NCBI GenBank assembly: GCA_051294375.1
Contig: CM119266.1
Span: 22,603,575 to 22,667,574 of the forward strand
DNA length: 64,000 bases
Direction of reading: 5' to 3'
From: Paraspadella gotoi
Lineage: Eukaryota; Animalia; Chaetognatha
This document shows, piece by piece, positions 48,407 to 63,753 of this stretch; position 1 is the stretch's first letter; each line of letters begins with the position of its first letter. The notes below the pieces were generated by a model, which saw only the letters and a list, made by a program, of their open reading frames with translations, was not told the DNA's origin and made no database searches. Position numbers and translations under genes: made by a program.

Positions 48407-51400
48407 TCATCAACGCTATCTTCTGTTTTATTGGACCGTACTCTCGCATCAGGATGAATGGACAATCATCGCATCAATGAATGGACTATTCATCACAGCA
48501 GTGAATGACTATCATTCCCATCAATAATTGATTATCATCGAATCAATAATCAATTCCTATTACATCAATAAATTACTATTGTACAAGATACATATCATTA
48601 TTAGTATTTACCTCAGAGAATCAATTACTATTACATTCAATAATTCGTTTTTTCCCGGGTTTTTTCATTAATTGTTCTTTGATAGTGGGCTCTGGCTCGA
48701 TCTTGAGTTGCTTTTTAAGAATTTTTTTTCTCTCTCTCTCTCTTTCTCTCTCCCGTCCTCCTCTTCTCTCTCCATATCCTCGATCTTTTACTGTCATTGT
48801 CTCTTTTCTGTTCTCACTTCTATGTATGTGACTTTCTTAAATCCTATATAATTTACTGTTAAGAAAATGAAAAAAACTGTTTAAAACATATTTACATTTT
48901 TAAATATTTTTGTTGTTTACAAAAAGTTTTTTGTTTCAAGAATCTAAAAATTAGAGATTTCTTCCGTTGGGACTACTCCGATTCTTGGACACAAAGTAAT
49001 TTTCCACCTGCCTAGGACTGCTACTATTATTATTTGTGGAGCTATACTCCAGGAATAGGGGAGCTCCAAGTGATTTGGAGAAAGAGAAATTTGTGGGGCA
49101 AAAATAGTTATTTCTTAAAGGGTAATGAGTGGTAGTAGTTAATAACTCGCAGAATCGTGGCCCACGCGCAGTAGCTGGACGGCATGCACCTTGAGAAAAG
49201 ACTGGGATCCAGCGTACGTTGGTATCACCGTTTCTCATTTTCTTCCATTTTTCTCTGCTTTCACAGTTCGTTGGGGACCTTAACCGCCTGACTATATGCC
49301 AATAAACGAAAATACTTCCACCCCAGCATGGTTATAAAGTTCTCCATTTTCTTCCAGTGTCAGCGTTAATACAATATTTTTTACATTATTTAAAGACGGT
49401 AAGAGTACTATCAAGTAACATGGAAACGAATATTAACAACATTATTGATGAAACTTTGTTCAAAAAGATCCTAGATGCCTGAGTAGTACAAAAATATATT
49501 TGTTAAAAACAAAAAAAAAAAAAAAAAACAAAAACGAACGAAAAAATAAAAAAAAAGAAAAGAAAACTAGTATAGTTAAGCTGAATAGAAAAAAGTAAAC
49601 AAAGAAAGAAACCATAAAACTACATAACATTACGGGTTTATTGATAGAAGTTTTGTTATAGCTTTATGACGGCACATCCTATTTTTATTTATCCTTAGCC
49701 GATTCTGTTTTTTTCATATTGTTTCCTCTGTGTGGTTTATTATTTCTTTCTAATTGAGTTTTATCGATTTAGCATCTGTTATAATTTTCGAAATCTAATT
49801 TTGAAATATCCAATATTTATAAAATATTAAATATCAAATATGTCTAGAATACTAAGCTTATTCATTAACATATCGATTGTCACGCTCTAATTCATCACCT
49901 TCACTCTGTTCTCAGACGATATCTCCCTTCATCTCCCCCCCACAAAATAATTTATATTATATCTCTATCCTTAACTTTATTCTCCAAATTCATCTTGTTG
50001 TAAAGCGGAGTTCTCCAAGGGGTCTTCCCCTGCTCTCGTTTCTACCCGATAATTTACGGAGATCTGCTGATTATCTCCGGCTAATCAATACCAACCTTAA
50101 TCTCCTTACGAGAGATATAAATAAATTAAAGTAGTTTACTATCCACGAAAGTGAAAAAGGGGAAGTTCTGGTTCACTCCAGTCACTGGTACGGCCCGACT
50201 ACCAATCACAAGCCAGGTGGGAAATTACTTGGGTGTGATCGATCGTGCGACTTCCAGAATTAATCGGATTAGTCCCAAGCAATCTACGGTAGTGTTGTTG
50301 TTTGTGCTCGATTCTTCTTGTAATTTTGGAAGGAGGAAAGAAGTACCAGAGAAGAAAATATCTTCTGGTTAGACATTCGAGCACATCTGGGCGGTATCTA
50401 ATTTCTGGTGTGGGATTATTCTTTCTTGAAGAGGGCGCAAAAGAAGAGAATACCCACTATCTATCCTGACGCCGATTGGTGTTGTCCAACATGTCGGCCA
50501 CCCACGTTCGTTTCTACAACAAAATAGTGATTAAATTATTTAAAAACAATCAGTTGGCTAAATAGGATGTGTGTTTTAAAAAATCTAGTTGTCTCTTTGT
50601 ACATTGTTCTTAAGCTTAGACAGTTAAAAAGAGGATGTATTCTAGGGGGATTTTTAAGGAAGAGGATATGGAAACCAAATAAAAGGTGGAAAAAAGGGAG
50701 GTGGATACAATGACAAAGTAGTACGGTTAGAAGCAGACAAAGAGACAATGACAGTTTTAAAGATCGTAAGGGATGAGAGCAGAGACTGATAGGGGGAAGA
50801 TTGAGCGAAGATGGAGAGACGATGCCCAGGGAGGACGAGGAAAGGAAAGAGAGACGAGAGAGAGACGAAGAGAAAAGAAAAGATCCTTTTAAAAGATCAA
50901 CCGAAAGATGGAGTGGACTCGATGGGCGATAGGGGAGAAAAGACCGAACCAGCCACAAAAAAAAGGGGAGAGTGTTAAGAGAGTGGTAGGATAGCGGAGA
51001 TATGGAAGCCCTCCACTATTCAGTGGTGGACAAATGGGAAAAAGGTGTAAAGGGTATTATGTGAGAAAAAAAGGAGGGGCAGAAACTCGCAAAGGAGAGG
51101 ATAGGGAAATAGGTAAGTGTAAAAGAGGAGAGAGCGGAAGAAAATAAAAGAAAGAAAGACGAGGGAAGGATGGAAGAAAAAGGAGAAAAAAATTGCGGCA
51201 GAGAAAAAAAGTGGAAATGGGAAATAGTAAAAATTGGGCGAACTGGTAAATTCGGAGGTGAGAGGTGGGAAAGGTGTGTGAAATAGGTGGATAAAAAGAA
51301 TTAAAGGTTGAGTGAGAGGGTGGAATAATAAGATAGGAGGGAAAATGGAAAATTAACTGAAGGGATAAAGGTGGGAAGAATGTGGAATTGGAGAAAAGTG

Positions 51401-54400
51401 GCAGGAAAAAAAAGACGAAAGAGAAAGAGCGCAAAGGAGAAGATATAGGAAGGTTGAGGAAGAAAAAGGGGTGGTAAAGAGAGTGGTGAAAAGTAATGAT
51501 GTCGCGAATATGTGGAAGTAAGAAGAAAAAAAAGAGAAAAAGTAAAAGTGTTGCAAATACAGGAGATAAGGTCAAATATATAATAAAAGTGGAAATGAAA
51601 GTGGAGACAAAGGATTCACTGCTGATGGGGAAATATGAGAGAAATATACATATGCGTTGAAATGCGCGTAGAAAGGATTGAGTGGAGGTAATATGATTGC
51701 GTATGGAAAAAGAGAGACAAGGAGAGTGGGAAAGGTGAATAGAAGAATAGAGATAGGCAAAAAACAAGGGATGCGGCGGGAAAAGGTTGAAAAAAAAGGA
51801 AATTGAGAAAAGTTGGTGTATGAGTGAAAGAAGAGGAGAGAGGAGAGAGGGTGGAGATAGAAGGGGATGATTAGGGGCGGGATTGGGAAGGACGAGTAGA
51901 AATTTTTAGAATGAGTAGTAAAGTTGCACATGGAGTATCTGAACAGACGAGCTTAAGTTCTCTGACCTCATGTCTAGTAACCGGAACTCGTAATTTCAGC
52001 TACCCAGAAAAACCATAAATAGTCTAATGAGAACTCACCCTCGAGTAATGACTCATATGAAGTCAGCGAAATTTCCCTCCCCGTGTCGTCACGATGGATT
52101 AATTAGACGAGAAGAGGAATGTCGAGACTGAGCTAGCTACCTGATGTAATATTTAAAGTAAAATTCACAGGATGCAGATTAGAAAGATTTACATTGCGAG
52201 TCAGTATCAAAAAAGGTGCTGATTACAAGTTATAAGTTTATACACAATGATTTTAGTCGTTTATGGTTTATGTAAATAAACATTAACATATACGATTATT
52301 GATATTGGAAACATGAGGGAATTTTTTAGTGTCAATGAAAGATTCTTGAATGTTAGTAGGGAGCCAGTTATATATCAAATTTTCATATAACCACTCCCGT
52401 GATTGAATCACATTCTAATTCACTCACTCTTCACGTTCGAGCACTTTTCATTTTATATAGGGTTGACATATAAAATCTTAGTCGATCTAACCGAAGAAAA
52501 GCTAAACCGGAATCAAAATCTAAGCCAGGACGGGCTTTTGTTATCATTACGACACATCTGTGGGCTACGATAAAAAACATGACAAACTAGAGAGAGATGA
52601 GGACTATGAGATGAGACCCACAGGACAGGATTTAGCACAGGACTAGCAAGTTAGATGAGAGAGAGGATAAGTTAGTTCTAAGGGGTATTTAACTATGCAT
52701 TTAGATACAATACATACTTAAATATTTCTAATAATTTTTGGTCTACCCACGATTTTCTTTTTTTGGTGTACAAGTAAATATAAAAAAGTCATCATTTTGA
52801 AAGACAACTATGGCAAGAACCATAACTGAACTATATTCATTTCGAACTCTTGGTCCTCCATCTGATGTGTTTTCTAACTATATAATATAATAAAATTTCT
52901 TTGAGCATTGAACAATTAGTTTATCGTGAAAACAAATAATCTGCTATTTCCAGGCCTTATGTGTGAACGATACGGTATAATGATCAGAAAAGCGACACGC
53001 TTGAGACTTTGTAACTTTGTGATTTCGTCCGAGCGCCTTTTCCTACGCCAAATAAAGCCCCAATTAGACACGAATAATTTCTGTCTCGCCCGACTAGCGC
53101 CTGAGATTGGAGCAATTGATTGTGGTTAAGTGTGGCTCATAACCGGGCTCCGTGTACTATCTGCATCGCCTCTCTTTGGGACTCGCCCAAGTTAGTTCTC
53201 GCAAGACGGACCAACGTCTCGCTCCGCACACATAGGCGCGAATCCAGCATGGAGCTTGACCTCATGTATTGATGGAGTAGTAGTTTATGTTTTGTCATAA
53301 CTCTGGAAATTTATTGTATTAACTGCCTCAAGCAAACGGAAATAGCGTTCAGATTGCAACATTTGATTTGTATAGTGAGAATCATAGGCATCATATATGT
53401 ATCCTCCCCATAGACACCTCGGACTGCTCTCCACGGAGTTGGCATGGTCATCTAATGTATCCCTTCTCCTACTACGCACCAAGTGCCAGAGTAGGAAAGA
53501 AAGAAAGGTGATTTAGGGACTGCTTTGCAGTATGTCACGAGAAGAGTGGAAGGGTTATAGTCAACTGGGGTTTTAATGAGTTACCGTTTTCTGGCTAGGA
53601 GTGCGAAAGTAATGTGAGAATAACACGGAATAGTGTGATTCCTCTCGCTTTGGTGTAGTGACTTAAGAGCGTATGTACGATACGCAATAAGTATAAAAGT
53701 CCACAATTTTACATATCAATCCCTATCTGCCTATATATTTTTCCCTTCCAGGTTCTCTCGTGTCGTGTGATAGTCTGCGACTTAATATTTTCGCGCTCAT
53801 CTTTCACTGCCATCGGTGAATTCTCCGTTAATCTTCTATGTATCTTTCTCCGCTACTGCATTCAATGAGCCCGGACCGTCTGCTGTGATGAAGAAAGACA
53901 AAAAAAAACGTAAGATAGCGGGTTTAGAGTTATAACTCGGGTTGAAGCGGCCCCACGAGTCGGGATAAATAATTGAAAAATCACAACAACCCAGCTAGAG
54001 TAAAAAAACTTTTTGCGTCAGAAAAATCTTTAGCCTCACTTTTTTTATCATAAAAAATCGCGATAACTCACATAGATACACTATTATTGCGGGAATAATT
54101 ATTCATAAACGTTATACTGATGTTGCACTTTTTTGGCTCCAATTAATTTATTCGCGCTTTCCTTTTGACAATCTTCGAATGGACTAGAGTGGAATTTTTC
54201 CACATTAAAGCTTAATGACTTATATTTTTTTGTGTGAGAGAGCTCTTCAAAAAATTAGAAAAGATCTTATCTTGTGCGCATCATTTTATTTCCTGCTGTA
54301 ACTTTGAAAATTAACTATCTTTTATGCTAGCTAAAAATGTGTTTGTTGGAATTTATCAAAAATCCAATCCATGCATGTAGATTATTGAGGATATATAAAG

Positions 54401-57032
54401 AACCTCATGAGTGCAAGTTTGGATAATTATTGCATTACAAGCCGAAGAGATCAATATACGCTAGTTTTACCTCGAGATAGGGAATTGTTTTTAATGTCAT
54501 AAAAATCCGGTTCTCCTTGTCATTGCCATTCGATTCTCTATGAGTATTGTAAGCGACAACAGGGTTCCCCGACTGAAGGTGATACTGATGGAAAAATATT
54601 CGACAAATTGTTTCTGCGTGACAGGGCAGTGGTACACTAGATTTCGAAGTATCATATCAAGAGACGAAAGTGAAAAAAATATTATGTCTCTTTCTCTATA
54701 TAAGGAGATCCTCTTCTGAATCTAATTGATAGACATCACTTAACACCACTCAATTAAGAACAACGTCAGACACGTAAAACTGGAGGCGATAACATAGCAT
54801 ATTTAATGTAAGTGGGACAACAAGCGACGGATCAGACAATTGAATACTCGGTATCACAAAGTTGACCGATATTTATTTGACCCCCTGGATGACCACAGGA
54901 CCGGACCCCCGGTACTCCAAGAAACCTCCGAGCGACCGACAGACCCGGGAAGGAAAACCAGGAAGTCGAAAAGTTGACTTATAGGGAAGTTGCTCCGAGA
55001 GCTGAGTAAGTACTCGTGGCGCAACTAAAGAAAAAAAACCCTAATTGGATGAATTTCATAGACTATAACTCTAGAGAGAGAGAGAGAGAGGCGTAACCCA
55101 GAAGTACTATATGAATGAAAAACAGAAAAATCAATACAAAAATCTAAGTTTTATTTTAAAAAGAAACGCACTATATACAATATTACTATATTCATGTTGG
55201 TTCAAAAAAGATCAAAAGTGAAAAGGGGAAAAGAAGAAAATCAAAAGGAGACGTCGATGCCAAGGGCTTAGAGGAAATGGAAAATCTCGCGGGATTTTGA
55301 AAGAGAAAGAAAGGAAAGAAAGAAAAAAAAGGAAGAAAGGATTGAACTTTGAAAGGAAAGGAACCAATAGGGAAAATAAAGGAGAAAGAGAAGAGAGAAG
55401 GGAAAATAAAGAAGAAAGAGAAGAGAATTTGGGAAAAAAGGGAAGAGAGATGGGAATCTCTTTCGTTATATAATCTTAAAGGAACGCGGAGCCATTTGAA
55501 TGAATTTAAAAGAAAAGAAAAAAGAACTTGGTTCATTAGATGTGGTTGAATACAGAGAAACAAAATGTAAATAAAGGGGGGGAAAAAGAGACAAGGATGA
55601 AAAGGAAAAAAGTAATAAAGTTAAAGAAAGTGGAAGTGAGGAAATACAAACAAGAAGAATAGTAATGTATTTTGATTAATATTCTAACTCTAATGAGCCA
55701 CTTCGGCGGGGATAGTGTAAACTAGTCTTACAGGCCTTAAATTTAACTTTTTCTTTTTCTTTTTCGCACGATTTTTTTTTAATAAATAAAAAAAAAATCT
55801 CTCCCTCCAAAAAAAGGGCGCCGTTTAATTTTCGATTAGTTTCGGGCCAACGAAAGGATCTTGAACCGTCGCTCGCACAGCAGATGCCACAAAACAAACG
55901 TCATCTGAATTTCAATCCGCAATTAGGAGGTTGGCCATTTGACTTTGGCTACTTAATCTTTTTCTAAAAGTTGAGGTAGGGAACATTTTGTTTAAAAAAG
56001 AGCCTCACCAAGAAAAAAAGGTGTTGAGAAGAGAAAAGAAAAAGGAAAAGAAAAGAAAAAAAAAGAGAGAGAAAGAATTAAAGATAAAAAAGAAAGAAAG
56101 AAAGATAGAAAAAAGAAAGAAAAAAGAAAGACAGAAAGAAAGACAGAAAGAAAGAAACAAACAAAGAGATGAGGAGGAAAGAAACAAAAAAAGGAAGTAA
56201 AAAAGAAAAAAACTTTAAAAAATGAAATAAAAAAAAGAAGAAAAGAAGAAAGGCAGCTAAGAAAAGACTTCTTCAATTTTTTATCCATTCATCTCTCTCC
56301 CATTGGTCCGACTTTTTCAATCTTTAACGATTCCCGATTGGTCGATCCATAGTCAACGCTTCGCTATAATTGGCCCGTTTGCCTCAGTGGATTGAATGAC
56401 ATTCGTGGTTCGGGGACGCTAAGGCTGTCAAAATCTCGGGCCACCCGATTTTGATGTAACGAAAATTAACGAGGGTCTGGCTGGCTCTCTCTCTCTCTCT
56501 NNNNNNNNNNNNNNNNNNNNNNNNNNNNNNNNNNNNNNNNNNNNNNNNNNNNNNNNNNNNNNNNNNNNNNNNNNNNNNNNNNNNNNNNNNNNNNNNNNNN
56601 NNNNNNNNCTCGGGATGGTTTTAGTAGAGAATTTCAGACCGCAGAACGACTCATTCTCAAGACGAACCTCCAATTTGTTAAAGGCGGGCCTTGGACTAGA
56701 ACTTTCAGTTTACAATTTAAAGATGAGAATATTTTATTAATAGGGTATGAAAAATAGCACGAAGAGTAAAATATTTAAACAGTAAACTATTGTCAAATAT
56801 CATTTTAGCGACGGGACATACTATGTTGGTAGATAATCAATTCTCAAATTCAAATACTCTTTACTAATGCAAAAAAAAATAAACTTTTTTAAATTAAAAT
56901 TGGCGTATTTTAAATTCGTTTAAACTTATGTTTATCGACCTCGTGACGACGACGGGTTTTTCATAAAAGAAGCGAAGTGTTTGTTTTTCCCGCGGGAATC
57001 TCAGATTCAAAACTTAAGTCGAAACGTAACAA

Positions 57033-57082
<50 letters not shown>

Positions 57083-58756
57083 ACCTCTCCCTTCTTTTCT
57101 CTTCCATTCCTTTCACAAAATCTCGCACCCCCTTTCATTTTCATTATCCAACTTCTTTCTTTTCTTTTCCTCCGCCCCTTTTCTTTTTTTTCTCTTCTCC
57201 TTTCCTTTTTTCTCTTCTCCTTTCCTCCGTTTTCCTCCCGAAACCAGAATTTGATGCGGAATTGGTTTTTCCGTGTCATGCAAATCGGCGTCAGGCGACA
57301 TTTTAGAATCCCACCAAAAAGACCTCATTTGCATATTGACGGATTTTCCCCCCCTTCTTTTCCTCCTTTTTTTTGTTTTTGGGGTCACGTGTTGGGGGAG
57401 ATTGGTAGTTCGTTTCAATTCTGACATTTTGTTGTATAGTTGTGATTTTGGTTGCTTATCTTTTCGGTTTTACCTGTCAGTTTGAGAAAATGAGAAAATT
57501 CGCAATTTATTTTTTCAATTTGATTTTTTGATTCAACGGAACCCTAGATACGTTTATTTTTTTGAAAGAGAAGTGCTTGGCCGCGCTTCCTCCCTCGCTG
57601 CTTTCAATTTTCAAAAGAGGCGGAGCCAGGATTCGATTTCTCTTTTTTAATAAGATTAAATTCCATTTTATAAAAAAAAAAATTATTTATTTTTCGCTTC
57701 GAAGATTTCAAATAAAAAAGTTCATGAATTTTGCATTTATTTATTCTCTCTCTTTTTTTTTTCAGTCTTTCATTCAGCTCCTCTTTACCCTCACCCTTCC
57801 CTCCGCTTGGCAGGAAAAAAAAAAGAAAAAAAAAGAAAGTTCTTTTTTTTTCTCTCGTTGGCGTATTTACATTCCGCGGACCGAGAGTTCAGCGCGCTTT
57901 GCCACCCATGGCGCGATTGCCTTGAATACGCGCATAAAAAAAAAACCTGGGGCAGCTTCGAATCTTTCGTCTCGACTTAGCAGGCGCGTCGCTCTGCTCC
58001 GGCGACCCGAAGCAGAAAGCATTAACTATGAAGACTCTGATTAACTTACCTGAATTTCGGGTTTATGTATCTGAGTTTTTTGGTTTTTTTTTGTTGGGGG
58101 GGGATCTATCTTCTCTTAAAATGGGGTAAAAATCTAATTCTTGACGCCGTCAGTTTGATCAAACTATTCAATAATTAATTAGCGTAATTTTCATGACTTA
58201 TTTAAAATATTTTCAATATCCACACTTTGATAATCTAACTTTAAATTAAATTATCTTATATTTTCTCCATTATCCCCTCCTCCTCTCTTATATTTTTTCA
58301 AACTACCGTACTCGAGAAAAAATGTCCTTGGAAGACGTCGACGAGCGACGAACGACGACGAATTAAGACGACGATGACGTTGGCCAAGAATTCTCTACCC
58401 ATGTTTAATTCAAATCCTAATCTTTTCAAATTTCCCTCAAGGATTTTCGGTTTTCATCTCCGTCGGACTTTTGTCAAACTTCGTCCTTAATTTTTTCGAT
58501 CCGGATTCTTCGAACTGTTTATGTTGAAAACGACGGCGGAGAATGAAACTAGTTTTATATTCTCAGAACGCGGGTTAAAAATAGTATTTCTTATTGTACA
58601 TATATGTTTTTTTTTTCGTGGTATCACCGTTTAAGTTGAACTTTATTTGTTGAATGTGATTGTCTGAAGTTAAGTTTTAAAATAGATATTCAAGAAATTT
58701 CCCGATGAGTCAGAGACTCCACTTTGCGATCTCTTTTCACGCTTTCAATCCTTCTC

Positions 58757-58793
<37 letters not shown>

Positions 58794-61195
58794 TTTTCCC
58801 TTAATCTCCTCTTCTTTCCTCCTTTGTGCCTCCGAGCGTTCCCTCCCCTTTTTCAATTTTTTAAAAAGTCGCAAACTTCAGCTGGAATTTCAATTTTATC
58901 TGCTTTGAGAATTTTATTAACATCTTCTTTTTAGAATCGGAGGCGAAGAAGAAGAAAAAAGAAAGAAAGAAGGAAAAAAAGAAGGAAAGAAAGAAAGAAC
59001 ATGGGAAATTTCCTTCTTTTTTTTTTCCTTTTCATTTCTTCTTGCGTATTATCTTCGGCTTAACGAAGAATCTCCGATGAAAAGAGACGGGAGGCACAAA
59101 GAAGCGATTCCTCCGTCGGAGAATCTCCGATCTTTCAGTCGCGGGTTTCATTCCTTTTTTTTTCATTTTGAATGGACGGAGGAAAAGAGAGAAAAGAAAA
59201 GAAAATAAAAAAAGGAAAGAAAAGAAGATACAAACAAAACAAAAAAAAAGAAAGAGTTTTGACGAAAGCGGTGACTCAAAAATGGACGAATATATTTTCA
59301 AACTCAACTGTAAATATTTTCTCTTTTTTTGTGAAGGGAATAAAATTTTTTTCTAAAAAAAAAAAATTGTCGTTTATGCTAAAAATATCGATAAAGATGT
59401 GAGAGTGGGAAGTGACGAGGGAATAATACGAAGAAGGGGAGGGGGACGGTACTGTCAGGAAATAAAAGATATAGAGCTTGGTACTGTCAGGTGATAGTAA
59501 GGATTTGAACGGACGGTTGAAAGAAGGAAAGAGAAACATATAAATGTAAGAAACGTTTTAATTCAACAGCAGCAGCGCGTGGAAGAAAAATAGTAAGTTT
59601 AGGAAGGAATCATTAAATAAAATCTGAGATCAAATATTTAGGTTACTTGCGTGTAACAATTTCAAAAGTTAGAAATAGTTTTCAACTATCTTTTCAACCA
59701 TCTCATAGCTTACTGCTCAAGTCGGGGGAAAAGTGGAACTGGAAGAAGCCTAAGAAGAAGATACATCTCAGACAGAACTGCCGAAGAAAGCCGAGTATGA
59801 GAAGGAGACGAAGCCGAAGAGAGAAGGAGAATCAGGAGAAAAGCAGAAGAAGAGTTCAATCCTTGAATCTCTTTCGCTCATCAGAAATGCATGAATGAGT
59901 TGATCCCGGCGGGGATGGGGACGGGACAGCTGTGGAAAGTGGCGTGCCCTCGAGGAAGAGAGAGAGGGGGGATGCGGAGAGAAGGGTGAGGATATGACGG
60001 GAGAGAGTTGGGAAGAGAAAGAGGAAGACAGGTAGAAGTAGGCGACGAGAAGAGACTAGAGATGAGAAAGGGATGGGACAAACTGAATGATAGAAAGACA
60101 AAGTGGTGAACGAATTAGTTGATGTAATGGAAGTGAGTAAGGGTATGATGGGAAGGTGTAAGCGTGGTACGTGGTGGTGGTTAGTGTCGTGACCGAAGAA
60201 AGGGTAAGGGTTGAATTGATAAGGGTTGAAGGGTTGATAAGGGTTGAAGTGATGGAATCGTGTCGTAGTGATAAATTCGAAACTCATTCGTCGATTTTGT
60301 GATAAGAATAAGACGGTGAAAGTCAGTGAAGGGAAGATAAAAGATTGAGGGATGACGACGATAGACGCAGTCGTGAGATTGCACTCTGGACGAAAATCTT
60401 TGGAGGAGTTTCGCTGAAGATGCTGGGGACTTGAGGATTGTGAAAGACAGCGCCTCCAAAGTAATGGAAGTGAGTGGAGGCGCTCGAGAAGGAAGGATTG
60501 GGAATTAACGAGTCGACGTTAAGGCGCGGGGTGTTGAAGTAGAGAAGCTGCTTGAGAGAAAACGAAAAGAATGAAAATAGTATAAGCTTTGAGGATATAG
60601 AAATAGTTAACCGAATAATGAGGTTATTATATAAAGTTGACAGTGAATTGATGTCCAAGAAACTGTTTTAGTATGTTTATTAGTCTGCGGCTGCCGTTGT
60701 TATTTGTTATTGTATTAAATATTATTATTATTATTATTTTTCTCATACCGCATATTTAAAAAAAAACAACTGATAATCTGTGCAAAACTTTGAAACTTTC
60801 GACTCGGAAATTCGCCGAGAAACTTTTTTGAACTTGAAAATTTTCCCAAGTGAGCAAAGTGAGACGATTCTCTGGGGCCGACGTAAAACCGTTAAGATGA
60901 TACAAACGCTTTCGGGGGCGATCGGGTGGGCGTGTCTCTACGGCGCTTCCGGGCGGAGACGAGTTATTACCCCTTGGGATGAAGAAAAGGGGCAGAGGAA
61001 TCAAAACATTTCACAACCTCATCTTATCCGTTATCTTTGGGTGAAATGACCTCATCGCAGAAAAGAGGAAACAAGAAGATGAAGACTGTGAAAAAAGAGA
61101 AGGTGAGAAATTGTGAAAATAATTCCATCCGCTCACCAATAATCGAGAGGGAAAAAAAATTTCTTAGTGGGTGAGGAAGCTTGTCGGCTAGTGGG

Positions 61196-61313
<118 letters not shown>

Positions 61314-63717
61314 TAAATGGAAAAAATATTCATGAAAATAAAAGAAAATTATGGGAGGAAAGTAAGAGAGAGTGAGATGGAATAAGTAAAGAGATACTGA
61401 AGAAATGAGGAAAAAAATATGCGGGAAAAGATCGAGAAATCATTGGGCAAAAAAAAAAAGGACGAACGACGAAATGAAACAGAAAATTATAAAAACAATG
61501 ACAAGAAATTTTTTAAGTTCAAATATTGCCTTACGAATTCTTTTTTTCGTTTTTAAACTACATATGCATCATTTGACATTTATACATTTTTTCTTACATT
61601 CCTCGTATTATTTGTTTACGATTCAAGAGCAAAGCAGAGAAGAAAAACATAACGACGCATAATACGGCATAACTAGAAAAATAAAAAAACTTTCCATTGT
61701 AAAAATATGAAGCGAATTTAAATGAGGAAAAAAAAATTGAAGGAGGGAAAAGAAAAAAAAAAGTTCTTCGGAGAATTTTTCGAAGCCTTTTGTGTCCCGA
61801 GGCGCGCGACAAGGAAATTGTTTAAGGCTTCAACAATGGCGGCGGCGGCGGCGGCGGCGGTGGTAGCGGGGATGTTGAAAAACGGCGGGGAGTGACGCAG
61901 CGCACGTGAGTGAAAGTGGCGGCGAGTGGCGTCATGTTCTTAAAGATGACGGGAGATCGAAAAGGTTTCGCCGAAACGAAAACGGAGTTGTTGGGGTCGA
62001 AGTTGATTCTCAATCTGCAACGAAGCTACCGTTGATATCAAAAACTACATTCAAGGTCGTTCCTAGCGATGGCGTCAACCATCGTTACAACTTCCGCCGG
62101 CGGAGAGCGTCAGTGTCGGGAGTGCCGNNNNNNNNNNNNNNNNNNNNNNNNNNNNNNNNNNNNNNNNNNNNNNNNNNNNNNNNNNNNNNNNNNNNNNNNN
62201 NNNNNNNNNNNNNNNNNNNNNNNNNNNNNNNNNNNNNNNNNNNNNNNNNNNNNNNNNNNNNNNNNNNNNNNNNNNNNNNNNNNNNNNNNNNNNNNNNNNN
62301 NNNNNNNNNNNNNNNNNNNNNNNNNNNNNNNNNNNNNNNNNNNNNNNNNNNNNNNNNNNNNNNNNNNNNNNNNNNNNNNNNNNNNNNNNNNNNAGAGAGA
62401 GTGAATAAGAGGGGGGAGGGATTTTCATTTGAAATTGAAATTCGAAGATAAATGGCCTCCCTTGGCTCGAAGCTTTGAAACAAAGAGGAAACACAATCGC
62501 AAAAGATGACACTCTTCTTGTTTTTTTTTTTGTTTATTTCCTTTTCTTATTTTTATTTATCTTTCATCTTTTTATTCTTGCGGAGTTGGGGACGCCGCTT
62601 GTTTCTCGCTTGTCCTTCTTTTTACTCTTGTTTTTATTTCGTCGGAGATATCGTGTACTTGTGGCGATACACTGACGCTCGGTTTACCATAGGGGCGATA
62701 TCAAGCNNNNNNNNNNNNNNNNNNNNNNNNNNNNNNNNNNNNNNNNNNNNNNNNNNNNNNNNNNNNNNNNNNNNNNNNNNNNNNNNNNNNNNNNNNNNNN
62801 NNNNNNNNNNNNNNNNNNNNNNNNNNNNNNNNNNNNNNNNNNNNNNNNNNNNNNNNNNNNNNNNNNNNNNNNNNNNNNNNNNNNNNNNNNNNNNNNNNNN
62901 NNNNNNNNNNNNNNNNNNNNNNNNNNNNNNNNNNNNNNNNNNNCGGCAGCGGCGCGGTGGGATGGGTTGTTATGGAAACAAGCGGAGCGTGTTTAAAAGG
63001 TTTGGCGAAGGGTGGTGGCGAGAGTGCTACGAGAGTGAGAATGAATATCGAGCTGTGAAAAGTGATTCGCCTTATAAGAGAAACAACCAAGGGGTGATCA
63101 AATAAGCGAGAGATGATAGTCGAATCTTGGTAAGTTTCGCCCGATTGTTAGTGGCTGGTGAGTCAGTTTCAACCACCAATAGAGATCAGCACTGGTGGCT
63201 GAGAAAAAGATCCGGCGTGAAAGGATTAAATTCCGCAGCATCGATGGAAGGAGAAAAAGAGGGAGGAGAGAAAGACGCGGCATTGGTGGGAGTGGCGGCG
63301 CCGAAGCGTGAAGGCNNNNNNNNNNNNNNNNNNNNNNNNNNNNNNNNNNNNNNNNNNNNNNNNNNNNNNNNNNNNNNNNNNNNNNNNNNNNNNNNNNNNN
63401 NNNNNNNNNNNNNNNNNNNNNNNNNNNNNNNNNNNNNNNNNNNNNNNNNNNNNNNNNNNNNNNNNNNNNNNNNNNNNNNNNNNNNNNNNNNNNNNNNNNN
63501 NNNNNNNNNNNNNNNNNNNNNNNNNNNNNNNNNNNNNNNNNNNNNNNNNNNNNNNNNNNNNNNACAAATCGTTTCGTTTTAGAAAAAACCTCACTAAGTT
63601 TTTAAGAAAAAAAGAAGCGGATGAAAAAGCAAAGGAGATGAAAATATTAAAAGAGTTTCGAAGCGTCATAAATCAAGTGGTTTTTTAAAGCGTTCGCGCC
63701 ACTTTCCCTTGCCAAAC

Positions 63718-63753
<36 letters not shown>

